NCBI GenBank assembly: GCA_038153405.1
Contig: JAYOYH010000010.1
Coordinates: 1-64,000, forward strand
DNA: 64,000 nucleotides
Reading direction: 5' to 3'
Origin: Gemmatimonadota bacterium
GTDB taxonomy: Bacteria; Latescibacterota; UBA2968; UBA8231
The position numbers and the translations under genes are program-made. This document shows positions 39,174 to 47,064 of the stretch, in pieces. Position 1 is the first letter of the stretch; each line of letters opens with the position of its first letter. Under the pieces are notes generated by a model, which was not told the origin of the DNA, made no database searches, and worked only from the letters and a program-made list of their open reading frames with translations.

Positions 39174-40079
39174 TTACTCGACCGAGGCCTTGATACGACC
39201 CCAAGAATCGCTCTCAACAGCCGTGCCACCACCACCGGCACCGACCAAGCGACCATCGACGAAACGCTCAGCGTAACGCCAGGTAGCGGCCTGACCGGAC
39301 AGGGTGTGGAACGCGCGGTAGTTGGAGGGCTCGATGTCGAAGTCAGGCACCGAAACCTGGAAGCCAATGATGCCACCGTCGACCAGGTTCGTGGCCTGGC
39401 TATCATCGGGGCTGTTCCAGATCAGGTCGTCAAACGGCGTGACGTAGAACTCGAAGATCGAGGTCGTCGGACCCTCGCCAACCGAGCCACCGCCGCCATC
39501 GGCATAGGGCAGCGCGTTGACCCACTCGGCACCGGCGCCCTGATAACCGACGTGGCGGCCATCGGGGGTGTCGGCAATAGCGACATACTGCTGAGCGGTG
39601 CGGTTGTTGTTCAACAGCTTCTCGTCGTCGGTCCAGTTCTCGTCAGCCGAACCCGTGTAGTCACCACCGGTGTGGTCGCCGTCGAGCATGAACTCGATAG
39701 CGTCGTGACGCCAGAGCTGACCGAGGTCGCCACCAGCATACTCGTTGATGTACACGTTATCAACGCGCTCCATGGCCATGTAGATGGTGCTGGAGTTGCC
39801 GTTCCAGCCTACCCAAATGCGGTAGTCGAGGTCGGCCGGATCATACTGGGCACCTTCGCCCACGGTCGGATCCTGGTAGAAATCAGTCGTGACGAGCGGA
39901 GCATCGCCAACGACGTCTTCCCAGTCAGCAACGCTGATATCGCGAATATCGATATCAGACAAATCCGAATCGGGAATTTCGTAGATCAGGTAAACAGATT
40001 CGCCTATGTGGGCGCTTGCGGTACCGCTCATGCCGCCAACGAGGCCGGCAACGATCAGAGAGAGTAGAGACTTTCTCAT
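39174..40079 (-). CDS. Secreted CBM9/DOMON-like protein with C-terminal WGxxK tail
   Basis: Start reassigned to ATG 40079 (SD GGAAGGAG; MRKSLLSLIVAGL...ASA-H). VGWNGNSSTIYMAMERVD, DAIEFMLDGDHTGG, IIGFQVSVPDFD; tail GGGGTAVESDSWGRIKASVE. Confidence 0.75.
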   Translation of the reverse strand: MRKSLLSLIVAGLVGGMSGTASAHIGESVYLIYEIPDSDLSDIDIRDISVADWEDVVGDAPLVTTDFYQDPTVGEGAQYDPADLDYRIWVGWNGNSSTIYMAMERVDNVYINEYAGGDLGQLWRHDAIEFMLDGDHTGGDYTGSADENWTDDEKLLNNNRTAQQYVAIADTPDGRHVGYQGAGAEWVNALPYADGGGGSVGEGPTTSIFEFYVTPFDDLIWNSPDDSQATNLVDGGIIGFQVSVPDFDIEPSNYRAFHTLSGQAATWRYAERFVDGRLVGAGGGGTAVESDSWGRIKASVE

Positions 40080-40310
40080 TTGTTTGGACTCCTTCCAAAA
40101 GATCTTTTGAATCACACTGTACTCATACGTAAAGAAGGCTTCTGCGGCATCGATATGACACCGCATGAAAACTGAAAATACCGAAGCATTTTCAGGAAAA
40201 TTTCAGTTCGCCATCACCTCCTTTCGCCGTGGAATGCGCAGAAAACAAAATGCGACCATCGCCCTTCTCTAAAGAGAGAACGCGATGGGAATGCGTTAGA
40301 TAAAAAATTT
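40080..40310 (-). promoter_or_regulatory. Long structured 5' leader with three hairpins and an orphan perfect Shine-Dalgarno
   Basis: Hairpins at 40256-40288, 40172-40195 (cUUCGg loop then UUUU) and 40143-40165; AAAGGAGGUGAU at 40224-40213. Confidence 0.6.
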
Positions 40311-40316
40311 CACCTT

Positions 40317-40345
40317 ATGATATGTTAAAGTACAGCAGGTGTCAA
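40317..40345 (-). promoter_or_regulatory. Sigma70-type promoter TTGACA-N17-TATCAT
   Basis: Minus strand TTGACA (40345-40340), 17-nt spacer, TATCAT (40322-40317). Confidence 0.75.
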
Positions 40346-40426
40346 GGCAAAACTGCCCTCGCCACACCCAGCCCTAAGGTAGTAGAAAATAATACGTTAT
40401 GATTCGAATGGGGCAAATCAGTGCCT

Positions 40427-41284
40427 CTATTTATCTTCTTCCTGCTCATCCTGAGCCCGAAAGCGTATTTGTTTTACGTGGTGCATGCCAATGGAAAACG
40501 GGCCAGAAGGGGTCTTTCCCGTCAAGGCCGCATTGACGCGGTCGTAATAGCTCCTGTCGGTTTCCCCCGACAGGCGCACGGTGCTGGCATCGACAGTGCC
40601 CATCACCGTTCGCCCGTTCCAGTAGATGGCCGTGATGGGGCGAAACTCCTCGGCGGAGCCGCTGTCGTCGAAATCTATTTTGTCGACTTTGTCCAGGGGG
40701 ATAAAACGCTTGTTGCGACCGCGAAAAAAGTCGAGGCGCAGCTTGCCGCGAAAGCGCAGGTCTTCCACTTCGAAGCGCTTGCCCTCCAACGTGATGACGG
40801 TAGCCTTTAATACGGGCTCCTCGACGACCTCCTCGCCTTCGGGGTGCTGCAGGATGATTTCCTGCACATCGCTGACCAAGATGAAGAACGGCCCCAGCGA
40901 TGTGACGCCCGTAAAGCGCCGGCCGCTGCTGCCTCCTCCAACTGCGTCCTGGTGCGGAGCTGCCCCACCACCGGTCAACATGAGGCCCCTCTCTTTCTTT
41001 CCAGACCGCATCGACAGAGATACGGCCTGTTCCTCGTCTCTTCCCTCCCCTTCAAAGCGGATTCGATCGATCAGTACTAATTGCAGCATTCGCCGCTGAT
41101 CGCCGATATAGACTTCGATTTCTTGACGTCCCTGATACGCAAAGCGCTCTACCTTGTGCTGGTTACCATAGCGATCAATCACGATCGCCTGCGCGGCCCC
41201 TCCTTCGATAACGCCGCACAGAGTGAGCAATAGACCGAGCAACACTATCAGGTGACTACGAGCCTGTTCACGTGTAGATTTCAT
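40427..41284 (-). CDS. Exported hypothetical protein with internal duplication
   Basis: Signal peptide; two similar beta-rich halves ending TGVTSLGPFFILVSDVQEI and TGKTPSGPFSIGMHHVKQI. Confidence 0.65.
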   Translation of the reverse strand: MKSTREQARSHLIVLLGLLLTLCGVIEGGAAQAIVIDRYGNQHKVERFAYQGRQEIEVYIGDQRRMLQLVLIDRIRFEGEGRDEEQAVSLSMRSGKKERGLMLTGGGAAPHQDAVGGGSSGRRFTGVTSLGPFFILVSDVQEIILQHPEGEEVVEEPVLKATVITLEGKRFEVEDLRFRGKLRLDFFRGRNKRFIPLDKVDKIDFDDSGSAEEFRPITAIYWNGRTVMGTVDASTVRLSGETDRSYYDRVNAALTGKTPSGPFSIGMHHVKQIRFRAQDEQEEDK

Positions 41285-41308
41285 ACAGATCGCTCCGCGT
41301 TGAGTCTA

Positions 41309-41998
41309 TTATTGTTCGCCTTCGTCGGCCGCCCCTTCGCCGGGCTGTCCCGGAGTCGGCGGAGGTCCGATAATGATATTCTGCGTCTGGCCCATATTGA
41401 CCTGCACCGGACGAATCTCATCGCTGCCGCTGCTGGACAAGTTTTCAATGCGCACTTTGTACTCGCCGGTCGGCACGATAAAATACCGCACTTCGGTCGA
41501 CGTCATGCCGCGCCCTAGAACCGTGCGCAGATTGTAGTCATATATAAGAAAGGGCACCTGGCGACGCTCGCTGCCCTCAAAGAAGATGAGCTGAAAGCGC
41601 CCAATGGGAATGGTCGCATACACTTCCTGTCCCATATTGACCTGCACTTCCTTCTCCACGCTGTCCTCGACATCCGTATTGACCACGACCAAATAGGATC
41701 CCGGCGGCAGATCGACGTACTGGGGAAAGGCGCCATAACCCGTTTCGTAGCCGACGGGCGAACTAGCCGCAGAGCGCGGCGAATCGGCATACACCTCTTC
41801 GCCCGTATCGTTATCAATGACGTAGAAGTTGACCTCGTTGATTCCGCCCGCTTCCAACATGAGACGGCCCTTGCCCTCGGCAATCGGCGGTGGACCGTAG
41901 GCTGTGCCGCTACCGGTCGTGGCACAGCCTACCAACGCGACGAGCAGCGCAAAACAAGCGCAAAACCAAACCCTATTCCGCAACCATCCTGTAATCAT
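41309..41998 (-). CDS. Lipoprotein with beta-sandwich (prealbumin/Ig-like) repeats
   Basis: Start reassigned to ATG 41998 (GAGG upstream), lipobox LVGC; LPPGSYLVVV and VPTGEYKVRI repeats. Confidence 0.65.
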   Translation of the reverse strand: MITGWLRNRVWFCACFALLVALVGCATTGSGTAYGPPPIAEGKGRLMLEAGGINEVNFYVIDNDTGEEVYADSPRSAASSPVGYETGYGAFPQYVDLPPGSYLVVVNTDVEDSVEKEVQVNMGQEVYATIPIGRFQLIFFEGSERRQVPFLIYDYNLRTVLGRGMTSTEVRYFIVPTGEYKVRIENLSSSGSDEIRPVQVNMGQTQNIIIGPPPTPGQPGEGAADEGEQ

Positions 41999-42069
41999 TG
42001 TGCCTACCCTCCTCTGGCATTTGAGCCAATAGCCCGTTAAGCGGCCAGACCGCAATGCCTTCATTGCTC

Positions 42070-43662
42070 CTAATGAACGCGCAGCGGCACTAGCGTGAAG
42101 TGACGCGATGCATCGGACTGGCTCTTCACATGAGAAAGAAACCTTTTCTCGTCTCTCCACAAGTGGGGATACGAAGCGGGGGTGGAAACCCCTCGCTCTA
42201 CCAGCACGCGCCAGAATGCCTTGTCGCGCATGGCAAAGGCTGTGGCGACCAAGAAAAAGTCCGCGCCGGCTTCGGCCAAGCTGTCTAGGCGCGAAATGGA
42301 AAATGCGTCCGGCGTGAGCTGCCAGCCCTTGCGATGGCAATAGTATAACATGGTCGGACTCTGTGCGCGAAACGGCGCGCCGGCGTTTTCGTCCAGATCG
42401 CCAACGACTAGCAGGGCGTCGCTCGGCACCTTGGTATCGACGATCTTTCCCGCAGCAAAACAGCTCTCGTAGTAGGCGTGTAGATTATTGGGCTGTTCGT
42501 AGTAGGGGCTCAGCGCTCCGGCGCTGTGCGCCAGCGTTACGCCGCTCACAACGCCTAAGAAGACGACGCGCGGGACTGCGTTTCCGTTCCGCATCCAAGC
42601 GGCGCGGTGCATCCACTGGTAGAGCCAATCGACTCCGCGCGCAGCCAACAGCGCCCCGAACGGCACAAAGGGCAACTGGTAGTAGTGCAGCTTGCGATTG
42701 CCCTCTGGCACAAGTGCCAAATACAGCAACAGCCCCAATGCCCAACCCCACAGTCCCCAGGCATGCCGCGCCCTCTGCTTCCATAAGGCGAACGCACCCA
42801 TCCCCAGCGCCGCGGCACCCACTGGCGTATAAACCACGTCGATAAAACGCCAGCCCATCTGTTTGTAAAAATCAATGGACCACAGCACGCTTCGATCCCA
42901 CTTATCGTAGCCGTAGCGGTTCCAGATGCCAAACGTCAGGCCCGTCTCGGCAAACAAATCTGCCGCGTGCGCATACCACATCGCGGCGGGCAGCAGCACT
43001 GCTAGTGCATAGACCCATAGGGCAGGGCGCAAGAGAAATCGCCATCCCCAGCGCTCCAAAGCGAGCCCGACCAAGGCAAAGCCGAGGTACAGGGTGGGAA
43101 TCTTAACCATGAAGCACAGCGCAGCGCTGGCAGCGGCACCCAAAGCGTACGGTAAACGCCCGCTCTCCGCCCAGCAATGGAACAGCAGCAGCGCCGCTAC
43201 GCTCAGCAGGAGCATGAGCGGCTCGGGCATAAAAACGCGTCCGAAATATATGCTGAGCGGGGTGAAGAGAAAGAAGAATACTGCCCACAGAGCGACCCGT
43301 TCGTCGCCGAATATTCGCCGGGCAAAAACAAATAGCAGAAAGGCCGCTGCCAGCGAAAACAGGGCAGAGATCAGGCGTCCCAACCCTTCGTGGACGCCCC
43401 CGTAGACACCGTATACCGCGGCGACTATAAAAGGATACAGGGGAAAATTCATTTCTACGAAGCCGGGCGTATTGCCGCGCCAGTCGACCCGGGGGTAGAG
43501 CAGATCGTACCCCTCTTCGTAAAAGTTGCGCGCAATCGCCGCCGTATCCGTCTGGCGCCACGCCTGTTTGTCTATGAGGGGTTCGCCCATCTCGACGAGG
43601 CGCACAGCCAACCCCAACGCCAGCATCCCCAGCAGCCACAGCCGGGCGGTCTGCCTGGACAT
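42070..43662 (-). CDS. GT-C fold membrane glycosyltransferase (ArnT/PMT_2-like)
   Basis: AWRQTDTAAIARNF, EMNFPLYPFI, YFGRVFMPEPLML, HYYQLPFVP; many TM helices. Confidence 0.8.
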   Translation of the reverse strand: MSRQTARLWLLGMLALGLAVRLVEMGEPLIDKQAWRQTDTAAIARNFYEEGYDLLYPRVDWRGNTPGFVEMNFPLYPFIVAAVYGVYGGVHEGLGRLISALFSLAAAFLLFVFARRIFGDERVALWAVFFFLFTPLSIYFGRVFMPEPLMLLLSVAALLLFHCWAESGRLPYALGAAASAALCFMVKIPTLYLGFALVGLALERWGWRFLLRPALWVYALAVLLPAAMWYAHAADLFAETGLTFGIWNRYGYDKWDRSVLWSIDFYKQMGWRFIDVVYTPVGAAALGMGAFALWKQRARHAWGLWGWALGLLLYLALVPEGNRKLHYYQLPFVPFGALLAARGVDWLYQWMHRAAWMRNGNAVPRVVFLGVVSGVTLAHSAGALSPYYEQPNNLHAYYESCFAAGKIVDTKVPSDALLVVGDLDENAGAPFRAQSPTMLYYCHRKGWQLTPDAFSISRLDSLAEAGADFFLVATAFAMRDKAFWRVLVERGVSTPASYPHLWRDEKRFLSHVKSQSDASRHFTLVPLRVH

Positions 43663-43669
43663 GAAGGCG

Positions 43670-44845
43670 TTAGAAGGGGCGCCAATGGGGAGACATATCG
43701 TCGCGGTCGTCGTTGTTCGTCAAGTTGACGGGCATACCAACGGGAGAGGGCAGATCATCCAAGTCAAAGCCGCGCGTCGATACGCGGTAAATGTCGTAGT
43801 CGTCTTCGTTCATCTTGCCCGCATAGGCAATCGACTTGCCATCACCCGACCACGTGGGCTCTTGCTCGTAGGTTTTTTCGGCGACGGAGATGCGCACCCG
43901 CGCACTGCCATCGGCATTCATCAGCATCAACTCTTGGCCGCCAAACCGCTCTGAATTATAGGCGATGCGCTTGCCCAGCGGCCCCCAAGCGGCAAACCAA
44001 TCGTATTTCTTATTGTCCGTCAGACGCACTCGATTCGAACCATCTACGGCGATGAGATAGAGCTCGTCATTGCTGTCAAAAACCGATGAAGTAAAGGCGA
44101 TGAGTCGGCCATCGGGCGACCACGAAGGTTCGCGCCCCTCGACCAGTTTGCGCTTATTGCCGCCATCGGCATCCATCAGCCAGATTGACTTATCGCCGTC
44201 GCGCTGGCTCTCAAAAGCGATGGTCCGGCCATCGGGCGACCAGACCGCGCGCTGGTCGCGCTCGGCGTGCTCGGTCAAGCGCCGTCGATTCGAACCGTCT
44301 GCGTCCAACGCATAAATGTCGAAATTGGTCATCACATCGCCGCTGGTAAACAGGATCTGCTGGCCATCGGGCGACCAAGACGGGTGCTGCTCAAACTCGG
44401 GCGTATCGGTCAACTGGCGCCGCTCGGAGCCATCTGCGCGCATCGTAAAAAGGTCCCAGTTGCGCGCGCTCTGCGGGGTCGATGCATACAGGATAGTACC
44501 GGCCAGCGATTCGCCGGCATTGCTCCCAGCCGGCACCTCAAAGGTGACCTTGTAGTCTTGGACCCCGCTCATTGGAGGCGCTTCCAACTCCAGCACCCGC
44601 GTATCCAGGTAGCTTCCAGCCGAGACGTTGACCACATACGTTCCGCTGCGCAACTCGGCGTCGCTGTCCGGACCGGGAAAGACGTAGGTTCCGGCCGATA
44701 CCAAGTTGTTGAACTTGTATTGCAGGTCGTTGGCATCTAAGCGCACGTGCTGCCCATCGCCGCCCTTCACCTCTATAGTAACCTGGTTTTTTCCACATGC
44801 GGCCAATAGAAAGACCGCTGCAAAAAGCGAAAAAACTATGCGCAT
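43670..44845 (-). CDS. TolB-like PD40-repeat beta-propeller lipoprotein
   Basis: Start reassigned to ATG 44845 (SD GGAGGG), lipobox LAAC; repeated PSWSPDG..IAF, ADGSNRRRLT. Confidence 0.85.
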   Translation of the reverse strand: MRIVFSLFAAVFLLAACGKNQVTIEVKGGDGQHVRLDANDLQYKFNNLVSAGTYVFPGPDSDAELRSGTYVVNVSAGSYLDTRVLELEAPPMSGVQDYKVTFEVPAGSNAGESLAGTILYASTPQSARNWDLFTMRADGSERRQLTDTPEFEQHPSWSPDGQQILFTSGDVMTNFDIYALDADGSNRRRLTEHAERDQRAVWSPDGRTIAFESQRDGDKSIWLMDADGGNKRKLVEGREPSWSPDGRLIAFTSSVFDSNDELYLIAVDGSNRVRLTDNKKYDWFAAWGPLGKRIAYNSERFGGQELMLMNADGSARVRISVAEKTYEQEPTWSGDGKSIAYAGKMNEDDYDIYRVSTRGFDLDDLPSPVGMPVNLTNNDDRDDMSPHWRPF

Positions 44846-44874
44846 ATATCCCTCCGCAACGTGTTGATATGCTC

Positions 44875-45555
44875 TCAATCCAATCCGCTGAGCCGGCGCA
44901 GGACTCCGTCCAACTCGTCAATGACGGCGGACAAATCGGCCATTCCCTGGGCTCGTATAGGTTTGCCAACGCGAAAAAAGACGCGCGAGCGCGGCCTGAT
45001 ATAGCTCTCGTATTCGATGCCAATGGGAACAATGGGCACTTCAATACCCCACCTTTCCTGCGTCCGCAATAGGTGCTCTACCACCTCCTTTTGCACGGGC
45101 CCCATACGGTCCTGGTAGCGCATGCCTTCGGGGTGGGAAATCACCAATTCGCCGTGCCTATACAGCCACGATAAATAGGCCTGCATATCGCTGTTGGCCT
45201 CTCGTGCACGCCGTATCGCTTCGCGCCGCTGCTCCCGATCCTTCAGCCGGCGCACATCTTTGGGGCGAGTGACCTTAACGCCGCCGGCCAGTTCCAGAAT
45301 GCCCCACAAGCCGCGCTTCATTACAAAGGTGGCAAAGCGACCCGTGTAGCGATACAGGGAAATCCCCTCGACGATAATATCCCGGTAGGCGTGGTGCTTG
45401 GGCAATAGCAGTCCTGCCCCTTCGCGCGGCAGGTTTTCGACGCCTTCGGCAACCACCTCGTGAAAGTGCAGCAACCCCGCACCGCACAAGCGCACGAGTT
45501 GGGCCAGCGCATCAATGCGCCGCAGGCTGAGGTCGTCGTCCCGCACTTCGCCCAT
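44875..45555 (-). CDS. Lysophospholipid acyltransferase family (PlsC-like)
   Basis: EGVENLP, HxxxxD (HHAYRD), HPEGMR, VPIVPIGI motifs. Confidence 0.8.
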   Translation of the reverse strand: MGEVRDDDLSLRRIDALAQLVRLCGAGLLHFHEVVAEGVENLPREGAGLLLPKHHAYRDIIVEGISLYRYTGRFATFVMKRGLWGILELAGGVKVTRPKDVRRLKDREQRREAIRRAREANSDMQAYLSWLYRHGELVISHPEGMRYQDRMGPVQKEVVEHLLRTQERWGIEVPIVPIGIEYESYIRPRSRVFFRVGKPIRAQGMADLSAVIDELDGVLRRLSGLD

Positions 45556-45563
45556 CGCAGCGC

Positions 45564-46046
45564 CTAGTGGAATAGTTCCTTGATTTTTCCCCAGGTGCTC
45601 TCGTCCACATCCGTGCTCATATGGGCGCCAGACAGGGAACGCACGACGGGTTCCATATCGCTTCCACTGCCGTGGGAATGGATGCGCGCATCGGGGTAAA
45701 CGAGCACGGCGTAGTCGCCGCTAGCGCCAGCCCGCTCGACGATGGAATCGGGGATAGCCCACTCGCCATCTATGGCTTTTGTGCGCGGCCAAACGACGCC
45801 GATTAAGTCAAAGGTATGTGCGGACGCGTTGGATATGTTCTGCCAGCTGGCCAGGCGCTCTACCTGTTGGAAGTGGTCTGGTGAGTACAAGTAGAACAGA
45901 CGCAGAGTGCCATCGCCTGCCGGGCCATAGCCGCCTTCACCCGCAATCCCGCTGCCGACGAGGATAAAGCTCAAGCAACACAGCACCACACTTACCCTAG
46001 TCACAACCCACCTGCTTGCCACCTTGTTACTCGGCGCGAATCGCAT
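45564..46046 (-). CDS. Small exported protein with C-terminal WGxxK tail
   Basis: Hydrophobic N-terminal stretch; tail STDVDESTWGKIKELFH. Start uncertain (20-nt overlap with the upstream gene; a later GTG is possible). Confidence 0.6.
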   Translation of the reverse strand: MRFAPSNKVASRWVVTRVSVVLCCLSFILVGSGIAGEGGYGPAGDGTLRLFYLYSPDHFQQVERLASWQNISNASAHTFDLIGVVWPRTKAIDGEWAIPDSIVERAGASGDYAVLVYPDARIHSHGSGSDMEPVVRSLSGAHMSTDVDESTWGKIKELFH

Positions 46047-47064
46047 AATCCTTCTGTACCTCTTCCTGTCCTTCGAGAATGCGCACTAGAGACAAATGCG
46101 CGCTCAGCACCTGTTCGATCTGCACCACGCCTACGCGGCGCGGAAGCGCCGTGCCCAGGACGGCACCCGTTTCTGGGTCCTTCAACTCTCGGCCGTGATC
46201 CCATACACCGTATTTGTTGCCGTTGGCCACCGAGTCAGCCAGACCGACGTTGATATAGGCGCGCGCGCCGTCGACGTCGATGATTTTTGGCCCGGACGAG
46301 ACTTTGAGCTCCGCTGGCGGCTTGATGAGGCTATCCAGTCCGGCGGCCAACTGCAAGAGCTCCTTGCCGACCGATTTGCCCAGCAGTGTCTCGTGAAACT
46401 CCGGACTGCCCCACTCCATTTGCCCCAGTAAAAAGTACTCTTTTTCCAGCGGGACATAGGCAGCCGGGTTCGTAATACCATAGCGCTTGCTATCTTCGAC
46501 AGCTTCGCGTATCACCTCGCCTGCCGGCTGTCCGTCAATGACTTTATACGGGTAGAGGCGTATGCTGGTGAGCCCCTGATAGCTGCGGTATCCTCCAACG
46601 GGTACAGTCGCGCGAAAGCGCTTCATGCTCAGCTCATCGATCTCGCCCAAGACGACGAAGTCCGCCCCGACTCGCCGGCCCACTTCCAGTGCCCTATCGA
46701 CGGAAATCCGCCCTTTTAGCTCTTTCTTATCCAGATGGACCAGCGCCGAATCGATGGGCAGCGTGCGAAAAAATTCACTGGCGTAGAGCGAATCGGCCAG
46801 GCCGCGCGGCAGCGCAGTGTAGATATCCCACTGCCCCTTGTATTTCGATTCGTCCTTAAAGGGCAGAAATAGCAGTGCCTGCGCCAGAGCGCTGGCGCTG
46901 TCTGTAGCCGCGCTAGAGGGCACAACAAAATCGGCTGCCGTCGCGCCGCCTTCCCCCGTCTTTTGCTTTGAGCCAACGCCCATGACCGGCACCGGCGACT
47001 CGCGGACCGAGGCGCAGCCCCAAACCAAACACCCCAGCAACAGCAGCATCGCCCTATGCTTCAT
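46027..47064 (-). CDS. Lipoprotein with CsgG/TolB_N-like domain and FlgT C-terminal-like domain
   Basis: Lipobox VWGC; LPFKD...ALEVGRRVGADFVVLGEI; YINVG...ELKDPETGAVLG...VGVVQIEQV. Confidence 0.65.
   Translation of the reverse strand: MKHRAMLLLLGCLVWGCASVRESPVPVMGVGSKQKTGEGGATAADFVVPSSAATDSASALAQALLFLPFKDESKYKGQWDIYTALPRGLADSLYASEFFRTLPIDSALVHLDKKELKGRISVDRALEVGRRVGADFVVLGEIDELSMKRFRATVPVGGYRSYQGLTSIRLYPYKVIDGQPAGEVIREAVEDSKRYGITNPAAYVPLEKEYFLLGQMEWGSPEFHETLLGKSVGKELLQLAAGLDSLIKPPAELKVSSGPKIIDVDGARAYINVGLADSVANGNKYGVWDHGRELKDPETGAVLGTALPRRVGVVQIEQVLSAHLSLVRILEGQEEVQKDYAIRAE

Noticed and set aside
40213..40224. ATCACCTCCTTT as a 16S rRNA 3' end fragment
   Set aside because: Flanking sequence does not resemble 16S; it is better read as an SD-like element on the minus strand.
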